Counted from the stretch's first letter, positions 9,577 to 19,145 are shown. The stretch is 32,000 nucleotides of DNA from Candidatus Hadarchaeales archaeon (GCA_038823825.1 JAWBCC010000001.1:330001-362000); one strand, 5' to 3'. The notes: generated by a model not told the origin, from the sequence alone. A program made the numbers and translations.

Positions 9577-11474
9577 GGCCGCCGCCTGAATTTCCGCTTC
9601 TTAAAGAAGTTAGAGCGATTTTGGAATCGGAAAGAACAAAAAAGACGACTGTTTTTGAAAAAATTTGCAAATTTGCCCATCGTATTTTTGGGAAATTCAT
9701 TTCCGATTACAAACTATCCCCGCAAACAGCTGTCAAGTTAAAAGAAGCAGGAATCAACATCACTGGCGGAGAATGGCTCGCAGGCTTTTTGTTTTTCCTA
9801 CTACTTCCTATACTTTCCTTTTTCATTTTCTGGATTCTTAGCCCATCTTTGGTGGAAAACTTTCATATTCTGATTTTGGGATTCCTGCTTGCAGGCTTTT
9901 CTGCGTTAATTTTTCTACTCTATCCAGAGGCGCGTGCATCCTCTCTGGCAGCAAAGGCCCAAACTGACGCGGTTATTACGGTTTCAATCATGGCATTCTC
10001 ACTTTATCATCGACCGGATTTGAACGGAGCACTTGTCAGAGCAGCAGAAGCCACGGATGGAGCTCTTGCAAGAGAGATAAGGCTGGGCCTTTTACAGATG
10101 AAGCAACAGAGAAAATACGGATCGCTCAGACAGCTTCTCACGGACATCGCCGATAGGTGGGGAAAGGCAAACGATAGCATCGGTCAGTCACTTTTTGACA
10201 TCCTTCGGTCAAGTGGAACGATAAGTGAGGAAGCACGTGTTTCTGATGTAATGAAGGCACCGGTTAGAGTCTTAGAGGGATCAGAAGAGCAGCTCTCCAC
10301 TAGATTAAACTCTTTGATACTGCCGACAATAGCCTTCCTGACTTTCGGTTCCCTTCTGATTGTGGCTACTATCGGTCTTTCTCCGGTTCTCGGAGTGCTT
10401 GGACTGTCGTTCATAGATCTCAAATTTTACGTGGGGCTGGCTGCTTTTCTCGTCGTTGTTTTTCTTGCTTTCACTTTGTATCTCTCTGCAAAGAGGCCTT
10501 CAACGATTCATCCAATTGTTCTAGAGACAAGCTGGGAAAATACCACCGGAGGAGTAATGGTCTTCAGACTTTTGATACCTTTTTTAGTTTTCATTACATT
10601 ATCACTTCCGGGAATCTTCTATTTGCTGGAATTTAGAGTTGGTCTGGCCGAAATTTTTACCATGAGTTTGTCTACGCTTTGGATAGTGCTAGCCAGTGGG
10701 GTTTCGATTAGTCTTTATGGATACCTCGGATATTCTACTTTGCTCGAAGCACGAGAAAAAGAAAGGAAAAGGATTGCCGATTGGGAGAACGCGCTAAACA
10801 TTATGGGATCAAAGATGTTAGATGGAAAGTCCGCCGCCAGAGCGATGATCGAAACTGCGGAATTAATGAGAGGAGAGTTATCTTCAGATCTTAAGCTTGC
10901 TGGAGAAAGAATGGAAAAAATTGGCGCCGGAATGGAACATTGTTTGCGCAAAAATGAAAATCCGCTCATTCGCAATTTTATCTCAGTTATTTCTAGCCTA
11001 AGAAGAGAAAGTGAAATTGCTGCTGGCAGGGCATGCATGATTGCAGCCGAGTTTATTCACATGTTACGTAAAACTGAAAAAAGATTCCGAGAGAAAATAA
11101 ACGATGTATTAGGAAATTTGTGGATGATTTCGATAATACTAGTACCGATAGTTTGTGCAATGTCTGTTTGGGTGATGGATGTAGTATCGGGCATGAGGCT
11201 CTCTGTAACAACGCAGATGGAAGCGGCCGGGGTTTCTTGGTATCCCTTTATGCTTGGAATTATGGAAACAAAAGAGCTGGCTATTCTTCGTTTGATCATG
11301 GGTATAACAGCGATACTAATTTCTGTAATAATCGCCTGGTTTATCTCAACGATAAAATCCCCAGGAGACAAAGTGGAGCTCTGGTTATCAATATCAAAAT
11401 CTTCTCTGTTGTCGTCAATAATTTTTGTTCTATCGACCCTACTTCTGGCCTTGATTTCTCCAGCTATGCCTTAA
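9549..11474 (+). CDS. TadC/FlaJ/GspF-type membrane protein of a pilus-like system (duplicated T2SSF domains)
   Basis: 641 aa with several hydrophobic clusters; repeated T2SSF-like segments (LSRHRPDLNGALVRAAEATDG..., LNIMGSKMLDGKSARAMIETAELM...); overlaps the ATPase gene. Confidence 0.82.
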   Translation: MEEMASEEIRPPPEFPLLKEVRAILESERTKKTTVFEKICKFAHRIFGKFISDYKLSPQTAVKLKEAGINITGGEWLAGFLFFLLLPILSFFIFWILSPSLVENFHILILGFLLAGFSALIFLLYPEARASSLAAKAQTDAVITVSIMAFSLYHRPDLNGALVRAAEATDGALAREIRLGLLQMKQQRKYGSLRQLLTDIADRWGKANDSIGQSLFDILRSSGTISEEARVSDVMKAPVRVLEGSEEQLSTRLNSLILPTIAFLTFGSLLIVATIGLSPVLGVLGLSFIDLKFYVGLAAFLVVVFLAFTLYLSAKRPSTIHPIVLETSWENTTGGVMVFRLLIPFLVFITLSLPGIFYLLEFRVGLAEIFTMSLSTLWIVLASGVSISLYGYLGYSTLLEAREKERKRIADWENALNIMGSKMLDGKSAARAMIETAELMRGELSSDLKLAGERMEKIGAGMEHCLRKNENPLIRNFISVISSLRRESEIAAGRACMIAAEFIHMLRKTEKRFREKINDVLGNLWMISIILVPIVCAMSVWVMDVVSGMRLSVTTQMEAAGVSWYPFMLGIMETKELAILRLIMGITAILISVIIAWFISTIKSPGDKVELWLSISKSSLLSSIIFVLSTLLLALISPAMP

Positions 11475-11496
11475 AATTTGGACAGAACAAGTTAGG

Positions 11497-12165
11497 ATGA
11501 TGAGATTACACATCGAGAAAAAATTGCAGGAAGATTTTCCCGAAATCTCCGTGCTTGTGCGCGAGATAACTGGAGTTTTAGTCAAAAATAGAGATGAACA
11601 GCTCGAAATTTTCAAGCAGAAGGTCTTTGACAAGCTTCGTAAAACGTATTTCATCGAAGATGTAAAGAATTTGCCAGTTATACGACAATATAGGAGTTTC
11701 TATTGGCGGCTTGGGATAGACCCAACAAAAACTAGGCCAGCAGGCGAAGCGCTATTGCGACGTATACTTCTTGGCAAGGATCTTCCAACAATCAACACGT
11801 TAGTTGATGCGTACAACTTGGCATCGGCGGAGACGGGAGTGGCGATAAGTGCCTTGGATCGAGAAAAAATCAAGGGAGAGCTTGTTCTCAGATATTCCCG
11901 AGTCGGAGAGTTATTTTTTGGAATGGGCATGTCGGCTTCCATGCTCTTGGACGGAGGTAGACCGATAATCTGCGATGACGAGAAGGTTGTTGCTCTCTAT
12001 CCATATCGAGATTCCGAGCTAACGAAGATCACTGAGGAGACAACAAAAGCCGTGTTGATCTTTTGCGGAGTTCCCGGAATAGAAAACAGATTTCTACAGG
12101 AAGTGGCGGAAAAAACCATCACATACATCAAAAGATTTTGTGGGGGAGAAGAAATTCAACAGTAA
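11497..12165 (+). CDS. B3/B4 tRNA-binding-like domain protein (stand-alone PheT B3/4-related)
   Basis: 222 aa; YRSFYWRLGIDPTKTRPAGEALLRRILLGKDLPTINTLVDAYNLASAETGVAISALDREKI...GELFFGMG; typical B3/4 domain text. Confidence 0.85.
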   Translation: MMRLHIEKKLQEDFPEISVLVREITGVLVKNRDEQLEIFKQKVFDKLRKTYFIEDVKNLPVIRQYRSFYWRLGIDPTKTRPAGEALLRRILLGKDLPTINTLVDAYNLASAETGVAISALDREKIKGELVLRYSRVGELFFGMGMSASMLLDGGRPIICDDEKVVALYPYRDSELTKITEETTKAVLIFCGVPGIENRFLQEVAEKTITYIKRFCGGEEIQQ

Positions 12166-12862
12166 ACGTTTTAACTTCCGTCCGCTGTTAGAATTTTTGG
12201 GTGAAAATCTGAAAATTCTGGTCGCTGCAGATTTTCACGGGGCGGCAACAGCAGAGAGCAATCTTTCGAAATTTCTTGAGAGAGGTTACGATTGTGCGAT
12301 TCTCATAGGCGATTTGACAGAGTTTGGGCCACCTGAGGTGGCGGAGAGCATTCTCTCTCTGGTGGAATCGTTCAAAATTCCAGTGCTTTCTGTTCCCGGG
12401 AACTGTGATCCGAAAGATATTCTTGCGATTCTAGACAGACATGGTGCAAATCTGCACGGAAAATGCCGTAAAATTGGTGATGTTATTTTTGTTGGCCTAG
12501 GTGGTTCAAACATCACTCCATTTAGAACCCCTTTTGAATTAACGGAAGCAGAGATTCTTGAGGAACTTTCAGCCTTGCTCGAGGGAGTGAAGGGTCGCTG
12601 GGCACTTGTGACGCATGCTCCTCCGTTTGAAACAAAGCTTGACGAATTGCCTTCGGGAACACATGTTGGCAGCAAAAGCGTGAGACAAATCGTTGAGGAA
12701 AAACAACCATTGCTTTTGGCATGCGGACATATCCATGAGGCACGCGCCATAGACAGGATTAAGAACACGATTATGGTAAATCCTGGTCCAATTTCTAAGG
12801 GTTTTGCCGCCGAGGTTGTGATAACCGAAAATGACGTTCATGTGGAGCTCCTACAGCTATGA
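12140..12862 (+). CDS. Calcineurin-like metallophosphoesterase (YfcE-like)
   Basis: 240 aa; KILVAADFHGA, CAILIGDLTEFG, SVPGNCD, THAPPFETKLD, LACGHIHEARA. Confidence 0.88.
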   Translation: MGEKKFNSKRFNFRPLLEFLGENLKILVAADFHGAATAESNLSKFLERGYDCAILIGDLTEFGPPEVAESILSLVESFKIPVLSVPGNCDPKDILAILDRHGANLHGKCRKIGDVIFVGLGGSNITPFRTPFELTEAEILEELSALLEGVKGRWALVTHAPPFETKLDELPSGTHVGSKSVRQIVEEKQPLLLACGHIHEARAIDRIKNTIMVNPGPISKGFAAEVVITENDVHVELLQL

Positions 12863-13053
12863 ACAAAATATACTGTCCACGCTGTGGATCTGATAAGCTC
12901 AGATGGGCTTCTGGACTTCCTCAACTATGGTCGCTCTACGAATGTCTAGAGTGCGGATATCGGGGAGCCTTGGTAGTCACAAATGGGGAGATAGCAGAAA
13001 AAATTAAGAAAGAATTTAGAATTGAGCAATCTGGTTTTACTAAAGAAAAATGA
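12859..13053 (+). CDS. Small zinc-ribbon protein
   Basis: 64 aa; IYCPRCGSDKLRW...LYECLECGYRGALV, two CxxC pairs. Confidence 0.7.
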   Translation: MNKIYCPRCGSDKLRWASGLPQLWSLYECLECGYRGALVVTNGEIAEKIKKEFRIEQSGFTKEK

Positions 13054-13063
13054 AACCGGGGGC

Positions 13064-13903
13064 TCAAATTCGTCGAACAAGCACGTCTATTGCAACATGA
13101 TAACATCTTGGTGCGTAAGATCTGACCTTTCTTCTTCCGATAATTTCGGTCTGAAATCCCAATTTTTCTGCAGTTTCGATTACATATTTTTCAGAAGGCT
13201 CAAACACGTCTGGCTCTTGGCCGTAATCATAAAAGTGGACGATGCCTTTATCTCCGATTGCAAGTAACGCGACAGGGAAAAATTCGCGGCCAAATTCTGG
13301 AAGAGGCATCAGAACTCTGTCGCAAGAATTCGTTAAAAGATTTCTAATAACTTCTCGACAGTCTCCTAAGATGGGCAAGACTTTGTGTCCAACCTTGTTG
13401 AGTCGAATGTTTTCCACCATGAGTTCATAGGCCGAGGGATTTATGTCTATCGAATAAACTACTCTTGGATTTGAATATTTAGCAATCTGGATAGAATAAC
13501 ACCCAACCCCTGCAAACATATTAACCACAACTTCTCCCTGTTGAACCATTTTTACTATGCGCATTCTCTCCGTGCTCAGTCGTGGAGAAAAGTAGACCCG
13601 TGCGAGATCTACCTTAAAGACACAACCATTTTCTCGATGGAAAGTCTCAGTTCTTTTTTCACCTGCGAGCCATTCCAGTTCTCGAGTTCTAAATTCTCCA
13701 CTCACGGGACTAACTTGATTCAAAACCACTTTCACGTTTTTATGAACCCTCATTATCGCTTCAGCTATTATTCTTTTCTTATCTGCGAGTTCATCTGGAA
13801 TTTTCATGATCGCTATATCTCCGACGATATCAAATGCACGTATTCTTTGCAGCTCTTCTTTGGAGAGTTTATCCGCCAGGGCCTCTCGCAAATTTCTGAT
13901 CAT
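13064..13903 (-). CDS. Class I SAM-dependent methyltransferase, Trm5/TYW2 family
   Basis: 279 aa; FSPRLSTERMRIVKMVQQGEVVVNMFAGVGCYSIQIAKYSNPRVVYSIDINPSAYELMVENIRLN...DRVLMPLPE. Confidence 0.85.
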   Translation of the reverse strand: MIRNLREALADKLSKEELQRIRAFDIVGDIAIMKIPDELADKKRIIAEAIMRVHKNVKVVLNQVSPVSGEFRTRELEWLAGEKRTETFHRENGCVFKVDLARVYFSPRLSTERMRIVKMVQQGEVVVNMFAGVGCYSIQIAKYSNPRVVYSIDINPSAYELMVENIRLNKVGHKVLPILGDCREVIRNLLTNSCDRVLMPLPEFGREFFPVALLAIGDKGIVHFYDYGQEPDVFEPSEKYVIETAEKLGFQTEIIGRRKVRSYAPRCYHVAIDVLVRRI

Positions 13904-13915
13904 TTTTTGCTCACC

Positions 13916-14533
13916 TCACAACCGCTCGAGAGTTTTCCAGCTTTTTCTAACGAAGTCCGGAAGCTTTCCATATCTTATTTTCCATTCTTTTAGGAATTTG
14001 ATTGTTTTCGGGTCTGAAGGATAGCCGGAACCGAAATCTCCAAATTTCTCGCGCAACATCATTACTGTTCGATCTCTTTCAACTTTCGCTAAGATGGATG
14101 CAGCTGCCACTGGGATATACTTTTTGTCTGCGAAATTTTCTATCACGATTTTCGCAGGCACATGATGAACATATCTCATCAATCTGGCGCGAAATCTTTC
14201 CGGATTGGGATCCACAGAGTCAATATAAACTTCATCGGGTCCAAGTCTGTCGATCAGTAAAGCAAACTTTTCTGCTTCAAGCTCGTTCAGCGCTTCCTTC
14301 CTTCTTGCCCTGTCGATCTCCTCGGGCGAAACTCTTAGAATTTCATATTTGGAGGAAATTCTGCGTATAACTTTTGCCAGTTCTTCTCTTTTCCTGGGTG
14401 TGAGAGTTTTAGAATCACGTACCCCTAATCCTTTCAAATACTCGATATTCTCTCTTTTCAGCAACACTCCACATATCATCATGGGACCTATCACGGGGCC
14501 CCTGCCGGCCTCATCGATTCCGCTTATCATCAA
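13916..14533 (-). CDS. rnhB: Ribonuclease HII
   Basis: 205 aa; ISGIDEAGRGPVIGPMMICGV, DSKTLTPRKREELA, VYIDSVD, VPAASILAKVERDR, FGSGYPSDPKTIKFL. Confidence 0.95.
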   Translation of the reverse strand: MMISGIDEAGRGPVIGPMMICGVLLKRENIEYLKGLGVRDSKTLTPRKREELAKVIRRISSKYEILRVSPEEIDRARRKEALNELEAEKFALLIDRLGPDEVYIDSVDPNPERFRARLMRYVHHVPAKIVIENFADKKYIPVAAASILAKVERDRTVMMLREKFGDFGSGYPSDPKTIKFLKEWKIRYGKLPDFVRKSWKTLERL

Positions 14534-14628
14534 ATAACAATGGTTCGAATCTTTATATCCGAAATACTCCGAGGTTACAAAATGACAAACTGAGGCAAAA
14601 ATTTAAATGTCGAACTAATTTCTTCATT

Positions 14629-14913
14629 TTGGTGGTCCATATCGACTTCGCGTACATTGACGAGGAAGAAGAATATGAGGAAGACGAAGACTGGATGGAA
14701 CGCGCAAGATATGAAATAGTCGAGTTCCTGCTAAGAAGATACGGTTTATTAAGGAGTAGTGATATCGCCAAAATTCTAAACTGGAAGGTACGCGAAGTCA
14801 ACAGTGTACTTAAAGATTTGGAAAGCTGTGGTAGGGTTAGAAAAACAAAAATCGGTAAAAGCCAAATGTGGTGCCCCATCGAAGACATCATACATAACCC
14901 GATGTACTATTGA
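14629..14913 (+). CDS. Small wHTH-like protein with acidic N-terminal stretch
   Basis: 94 aa; DEEEEYEEDEDWMERARYEIVEFLLRRYGLLRSSDIAKILNWKVREVNSVLKDLESCGRVRKTKIGKSQMW; winged-helix-like pattern. TTTAAAT box at 14602-14608 suggests a start near GTG 14632. Confidence 0.55.
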   Translation: MVVHIDFAYIDEEEEYEEDEDWMERARYEIVEFLLRRYGLLRSSDIAKILNWKVREVNSVLKDLESCGRVRKTKIGKSQMWCPIEDIIHNPMYY

Positions 14914-14975
14914 GACGTTTTTATAGACCAAGGTTTATCCTCATGAGCTAAGAAGAATATGACTGGTGTAGAGAA

Positions 14976-15479
14976 ATGAAGGTTGAGCATCAAAACAAAT
15001 TACGAAAGGTTGGAATTTTGGTGGTCAGCGACACTAGAGCAGAAGCTACTAAGAAAGGCAAAGATACGGATGTCTCTGGGAGAATTTTAGAGAGAGAACT
15101 CAGAAAGAAGGGGTACAACACTATTCGAGAAATCATACCAAATAATGGCAAAATAATAAAGAAAATTCTGCAGAGACTTCTCCGAGATCCCCAGATAAGC
15201 GCAATTTTGATCACCGGTGGTACAGGAATTTCGAAAAGGGACGTCACGATTGAAACAGTGGAACCAATGTATGAAAAATATGTTATGGGAATCGGCGAAG
15301 CGCTCAGAAAGTTGGGTTATGAACGGATAGGTTTTCCTGCTCTTCTCAGTAGAACTTCTGCAGGAATCATAAGTGGTAAGCCGGTGTTTTGCTTGCCAGG
15401 TACGCCGAACGCTGTCAAGGTGAGCATTCGGTTTCTTCTCCAGAATTTTGATTACATCATACGGGAAGCTAGCAAATGA
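14976..15479 (+). CDS. moaB: Molybdenum cofactor biosynthesis protein MoaB/Mog family
   Basis: 167 aa; VGILVVSDTR, DVSGRILERELRKKGYN, ILITGGTGISKRDVTIETVEPM, ALLSRTSAGIISGKPVFCLPGTPNAV. Confidence 0.9.
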   Translation: MKVEHQNKLRKVGILVVSDTRAEATKKGKDTDVSGRILERELRKKGYNTIREIIPNNGKIIKKILQRLLRDPQISAILITGGTGISKRDVTIETVEPMYEKYVMGIGEALRKLGYERIGFPALLSRTSAGIISGKPVFCLPGTPNAVKVSIRFLLQNFDYIIREASK

Positions 15480-15481
15480 GG

Positions 15482-16471
15482 TTAATCTATCGGGTACATC
15501 GCTGGCGAGCATTGCATGAGAAAGCCTGGCTCATTTTCGGCATGCCACCAGAACAGCGCCCGATGGAAGATAGTTCTGTTTTCAAAAGATATGCGCCAAG
15601 TTGGATATCCTCCAAACTTCGTGAAAACACAACTCATACTGATTTCAGCGTTTGCGGGAATTCCTACTGGACCGTTTTGATCAATCCAAGTTCTAGAGCG
15701 TAGACTAGCGAGCGCAAGCTCTGGAGAGATTATCCACCCCTTAAGCAGGGCTTCAGCGGGTGAAGGACATTTCTCGGCTCCTATCCGTTCTGTTCCGATT
15801 TCAATAGTGGGTGTCTCTATTTCTTGTAAACTGGGAATATCATGCTGTAACTCATCCCTCCTGAATGTCAAAATAAATGACTCATTATCCTCCGTCATAA
15901 CGTAGAGGACGTGGTTTTCCAACCAAGAATATCGCACAATATCTTTCCCAGAGTAGAAAAATGCGGCAAGAATGCCGGCAGCTTCTTTCGGGTGATCTTT
16001 TGCGAAAAAATAGAATTCCGGCGGGTTTGGTTCGATGTTTATATTTTCATTTTCTATGGATTCCAAAACACTAAAACATACCAAAAGTTTTTCACCGCTT
16101 CGTTTGAAAAATACGGTTTCATCTTTTGGGAGAGTCAGATTATCGGAAATCATATCAAACGGCACGCCGGCGATATAGGATTTTCCTCTGAGAGGCCCTT
16201 CCAGCAATTCTAGAACAAAGGCGTTCTGATGTATTTTCAACCGATAATTGTACCCCTCGATGTTTTTGGGCAAATCAATCTTACCAAGTACTCCGGTGGA
16301 AAAAGATTGAAATGCCGTCCAGCTCAAATTTGTTACGAAGCCAGATGCTTTCTCATCAATCTTCATAGCAACTTGCTTGTTGTAGATAGTTATGAGGATA
16401 AAAGCAGTCAGAAACGCTGAGACAACGATAAAAATTAGAATGAATGGAAAATCTTCTCCGTCATCTGACAA
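15482..16471 (-). CDS. Membrane-anchored, pseudopilin-like protein of unknown function
   Basis: 329 aa; single N-terminal hydrophobic helix (FPFILIFIVVSAFLTAFILITIYN) and 'GVLGKIDLPKNIEGYNYRLKI', a pattern I associate with archaeal pilin-like proteins. Confidence 0.5.
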   Translation of the reverse strand: MSDDGEDFPFILIFIVVSAFLTAFILITIYNKQVAMKIDEKASGFVTNLSWTAFQSFSTGVLGKIDLPKNIEGYNYRLKIHQNAFVLELLEGPLRGKSYIAGVPFDMISDNLTLPKDETVFFKRSGEKLLVCFSVLESIENENINIEPNPPEFYFFAKDHPKEAAGILAAFFYSGKDIVRYSWLENHVLYVMTEDNESFILTFRRDELQHDIPSLQEIETPTIEIGTERIGAEKCPSPAEALLKGWIISPELALASLRSRTWIDQNGPVGIPANAEISMSCVFTKFGGYPTWRISFENRTIFHRALFWWHAENEPGFLMQCSPAMYPID

Positions 16472-16856
16472 TTATATCGACCCCTTGATCGGTTCTTACG
16501 ACGTAGACCTCGTAATCCCCCGGACCGAGTGTTAACATCGGAAGCTCCAGTTCCGATTCCAAGCTCAGATTTTCACCCCATGCTTGGACAACAATTTCTT
16601 TAGGCTCTGTACGGAGGGAACAATCTTTTGGAACATGGATTTTGAGCATCCTCGAGCTACCAACCGGCTGGTAGGCTAGGAGCGCCACGCTATCCGAAAA
16701 TTTTCTAACATCCAACATGAAATCGTTTTTAGTTTTCCAAGACATTAGAGCATTCATGGAAAACGTGGCAATAGTTAGAAACATGACACCCAACGCCACC
16801 CACCCCACGAGACGGAAGATCATCATCTTAAGAGACATCCGGACATTTAAAAACAT
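16461..16856 (-). CDS. Small membrane-anchored pseudopilin-like protein
   Basis: 131 aa; N-terminal TM (LVGWVALGVMFLTIATFSMNALM) then FSDSVALLAYQPVGSSRMLKIHVPKDCSL; overlaps the preceding-listed gene. Confidence 0.5.
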   Translation of the reverse strand: MFLNVRMSLKMMIFRLVGWVALGVMFLTIATFSMNALMSWKTKNDFMLDVRKFSDSVALLAYQPVGSSRMLKIHVPKDCSLRTEPKEIVVQAWGENLSLESELELPMLTLGPGDYEVYVVRTDQGVDIIVR

Positions 16857-16889
16857 AAGACTTTTGCTTTTTCTGACAATAAGATTAAT

Positions 16890-17984
16890 TTGATGTGGCT
16901 CCCGTTTCGGCCAGATTCGCTTGAAGTACTATCGGATCCACTCGCGAGAAAATCGCTGAATAGATATTTCGCTGTAATGGAGGACAAATTGCCTGCAAGG
17001 TTCCAAATATGCAAGAGAATTTCCGTAAAAATCGATCTTTCGTCGGATGAAAGCATACTTTTAGCCGAACACAAAGCGGCTATGGAGAAGTTCTGGAAAA
17101 CTCTTTCGAAAATCGACGATGGGAAAATAAGGCTACAAGAAATGGAAATCCCGGAAGTTTCTCTTCTCGAACTGAAGATCGAACTTGCTAAGCGAATTCT
17201 CAGAAAATGTCATTTCTGCGAACGGAGGTGTGGAGTAGACAGAACGATTGGTGAGAGAGGAGCTTGTGGGGTCGGAGAAAAGCCAAAAGTGGCTTCGGAG
17301 TTCATGCATTACGGAGAGGAGCCGGAACTAGTTCCGAGCTACACAATATTTTTCTCAGGCTGTACGTTCAAGTGTAGATTTTGCCAGAATTGGGATATCT
17401 CGCAATTTCCGGACGAAGGTACGGAGGCGAATCCAAGAATCTTGGCAAGACTCGTTGAAAATGCGAGAGATAATGGAGCGAGAAACGTGAACTGGGTAGG
17501 AGGAGATCCGACGCCAAACCTTCACGCTATCTTGGAGGCCCTTTGGTTTTGCAAGACTAACATACCAAGTGTGTGGAACTCAAACATGTATCTGACCACC
17601 GAAGCGATGGATTTACTGGCAGGCACTCAGGACATCTACTTGACGGATTTTAAGTACGGAAACGATAAGTGCGCGGAGAGACTTTCTCTAGTTAAAAACT
17701 ACTTTGCTGTCGTTTCTAGAAATCACAAAATTGCTGCTGCGGACTCGGAGTTGATCATAAGACATCTAGTCATGCCAAATCATCTTGAATGTTGCACTTA
17801 TCCGGTGCTGGAATGGATTGCGAAAAATCTTGGACATGAAACTCGCGTGAATATCATGGATCAGTATAGACCAGAATATCTCGCGCCGAAATTTGAAGAC
17901 ATAAACCGTAGGATAACGGTAGAGGAGATGGACAAGGCTCTCAGCTATGCACGAAAGTTTGGTCTGAAAAACATCATTACTTGA
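16890..17984 (+). CDS. Radical SAM protein, PflX (COG1313)-like / pyruvate formate-lyase activase homologue
   Basis: 364 aa; CHFCERRCGVDRTIGERGACGVG, FSGCTFKCRFCQNWDIS (CxxxCxxC), NWVGGDPTPN, DFKYGND, VNIMDQYRPEYLA. Confidence 0.88.
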   Translation: MMWLPFRPDSLEVLSDPLARKSLNRYFAVMEDKLPARFQICKRISVKIDLSSDESILLAEHKAAMEKFWKTLSKIDDGKIRLQEMEIPEVSLLELKIELAKRILRKCHFCERRCGVDRTIGERGACGVGEKPKVASEFMHYGEEPELVPSYTIFFSGCTFKCRFCQNWDISQFPDEGTEANPRILARLVENARDNGARNVNWVGGDPTPNLHAILEALWFCKTNIPSVWNSNMYLTTEAMDLLAGTQDIYLTDFKYGNDKCAERLSLVKNYFAVVSRNHKIAAADSELIIRHLVMPNHLECCTYPVLEWIAKNLGHETRVNIMDQYRPEYLAPKFEDINRRITVEEMDKALSYARKFGLKNIIT

Positions 17985-17988
17985 AAAA

Positions 17989-19080
17989 TCAGACGACCGC
18001 TTTTTCCGTTTTTGCGTCAAAAATGTGAATGTGTTTCATGTTAAATGTGATGGTTATCTTGTCTCCCATTTTCAAACCGATTTTTGGGGGAGCTTTGGCG
18101 ACCATTCTCAGGTTTCCTCTGCTCATATAGAGAAAATCTTCCGATCCGATCGGCTCTACTAGGTCTACTTTCATTTCTATAGTATTTTTTTCACCTTTTC
18201 TCGATATCAAAATGTCTTCGGGGCGAACTCCGGCAATCACTTCTCGACAGTCTGCTTTCCTGATTATTTTTGCGATTTCGGAAGGTAGTTCAATCGAAAA
18301 TTCGCCAGCATCCAAAATCACCTTGCTTTTTTTCATCACCACTGAAGCTCTGAAGAAATTGATCGGCGGTGTACCTATGAAGCCAGCTACAAATGTATTC
18401 GCTGGAAAGTCGTATATCTCCTCCGGAGTGCCAACCTGCTCGACTCTCCCGGCTCTCATCACTATCACCCTGTCTGCCATCGTCATTGCCTCGAGTTGGT
18501 CGTGCGTCACATGAATAGTGGTGATCTTTAACTCCTTCTGCAATTTGCGAAGTTCTGCTCTCATGATTACACGCATCTTGGCGTCAAGGTTAGAAAGTGG
18601 CTCGTCCCACAGGAAAATTTTTGGTTCACGGACGATCGCTCTTCCAAGGGCAACTCTTTGTTTTTGACCCCCACTAAGTTGGCTTGGCTTTCTTTCTAAA
18701 AGATGAGTTATATCCAATAGCTTGGCCGCATTTTTCACTCTTTTATCTACTTCTTCTTTATTGTAACCAAGATTTCTGAGTCCAAATGCCATGTTGTCAT
18801 AGACGGACATATGTGGATACAAAGCATAATCTTGGAAAACCATGGCAATCCCTCTGTCCCTGATTGCCACATCGTTGACGCAAACTTTACCAAAGTATAT
18901 ATACCCACTGTCGGGTTTTTCCAATCCGGCAATGAGTCTGAGCACGGTAGTTTTTCCACATCCGCTTGGCCCGACGATTACAGCGAGTTCTTTATCCGGA
19001 ATTGTAAAAGATACGTCGTTGACTGCTGTAACCTCTCCGAACCTTTTTGTCACATGGTCGAGCTTTACTGAGACCATCAA
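17989..19080 (-). CDS. Sugar ABC transporter ATP-binding protein (MalK/UgpC/MsmX-like)
   Basis: 363 aa; GPSGCGKTTVLRLIAGLE, LSGGQKQRVALGRAIVREPKIFLWDEPLSNLDAKMR, VTHDQLEAMTMADR, C-terminal TOBE-like region. Confidence 0.93.
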   Translation of the reverse strand: MMVSVKLDHVTKRFGEVTAVNDVSFTIPDKELAVIVGPSGCGKTTVLRLIAGLEKPDSGYIYFGKVCVNDVAIRDRGIAMVFQDYALYPHMSVYDNMAFGLRNLGYNKEEVDKRVKNAAKLLDITHLLERKPSQLSGGQKQRVALGRAIVREPKIFLWDEPLSNLDAKMRVIMRAELRKLQKELKITTIHVTHDQLEAMTMADRVIVMRAGRVEQVGTPEEIYDFPANTFVAGFIGTPPINFFRASVVMKKSKVILDAGEFSIELPSEIAKIIRKADCREVIAGVRPEDILISRKGEKNTIEMKVDLVEPIGSEDFLYMSRGNLRMVAKAPPKIGLKMGDKITITFNMKHIHIFDAKTEKAVV

Positions 19081-19123
19081 TCAAATTACATCCTAAATGG
19101 ATTTAAGCCATGTCTACTGCATG

Positions 19124-19145
19124 CATGTGATTTTTATCGGTTTCG
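19124..19145 (-). promoter_or_regulatory. Candidate BRE/TATA element upstream of the MalK-like gene
   Basis: On the minus strand CGAAACCGATAAAAATCACATG; 18/22 identical to the element upstream of the GH94 gene at 30593-30614. Confidence 0.45.

Noticed and set aside
12286-12768. 160-aa ORF antisense to the metallophosphoesterase
   Set aside because: The opposite frame carries clear phosphoesterase motifs (GDLTEFG, GNCD, CGHIHEA), so this is a shadow ORF.
14541-14552. GGTTCGAATC-like string resembling a tRNA T-loop
   Set aside because: No matching acceptor, D or anticodon stems nearby; it sits in the short RNase HII / wHTH divergent promoter region, where TTTATAT and TTTAAAT boxes explain the composition.
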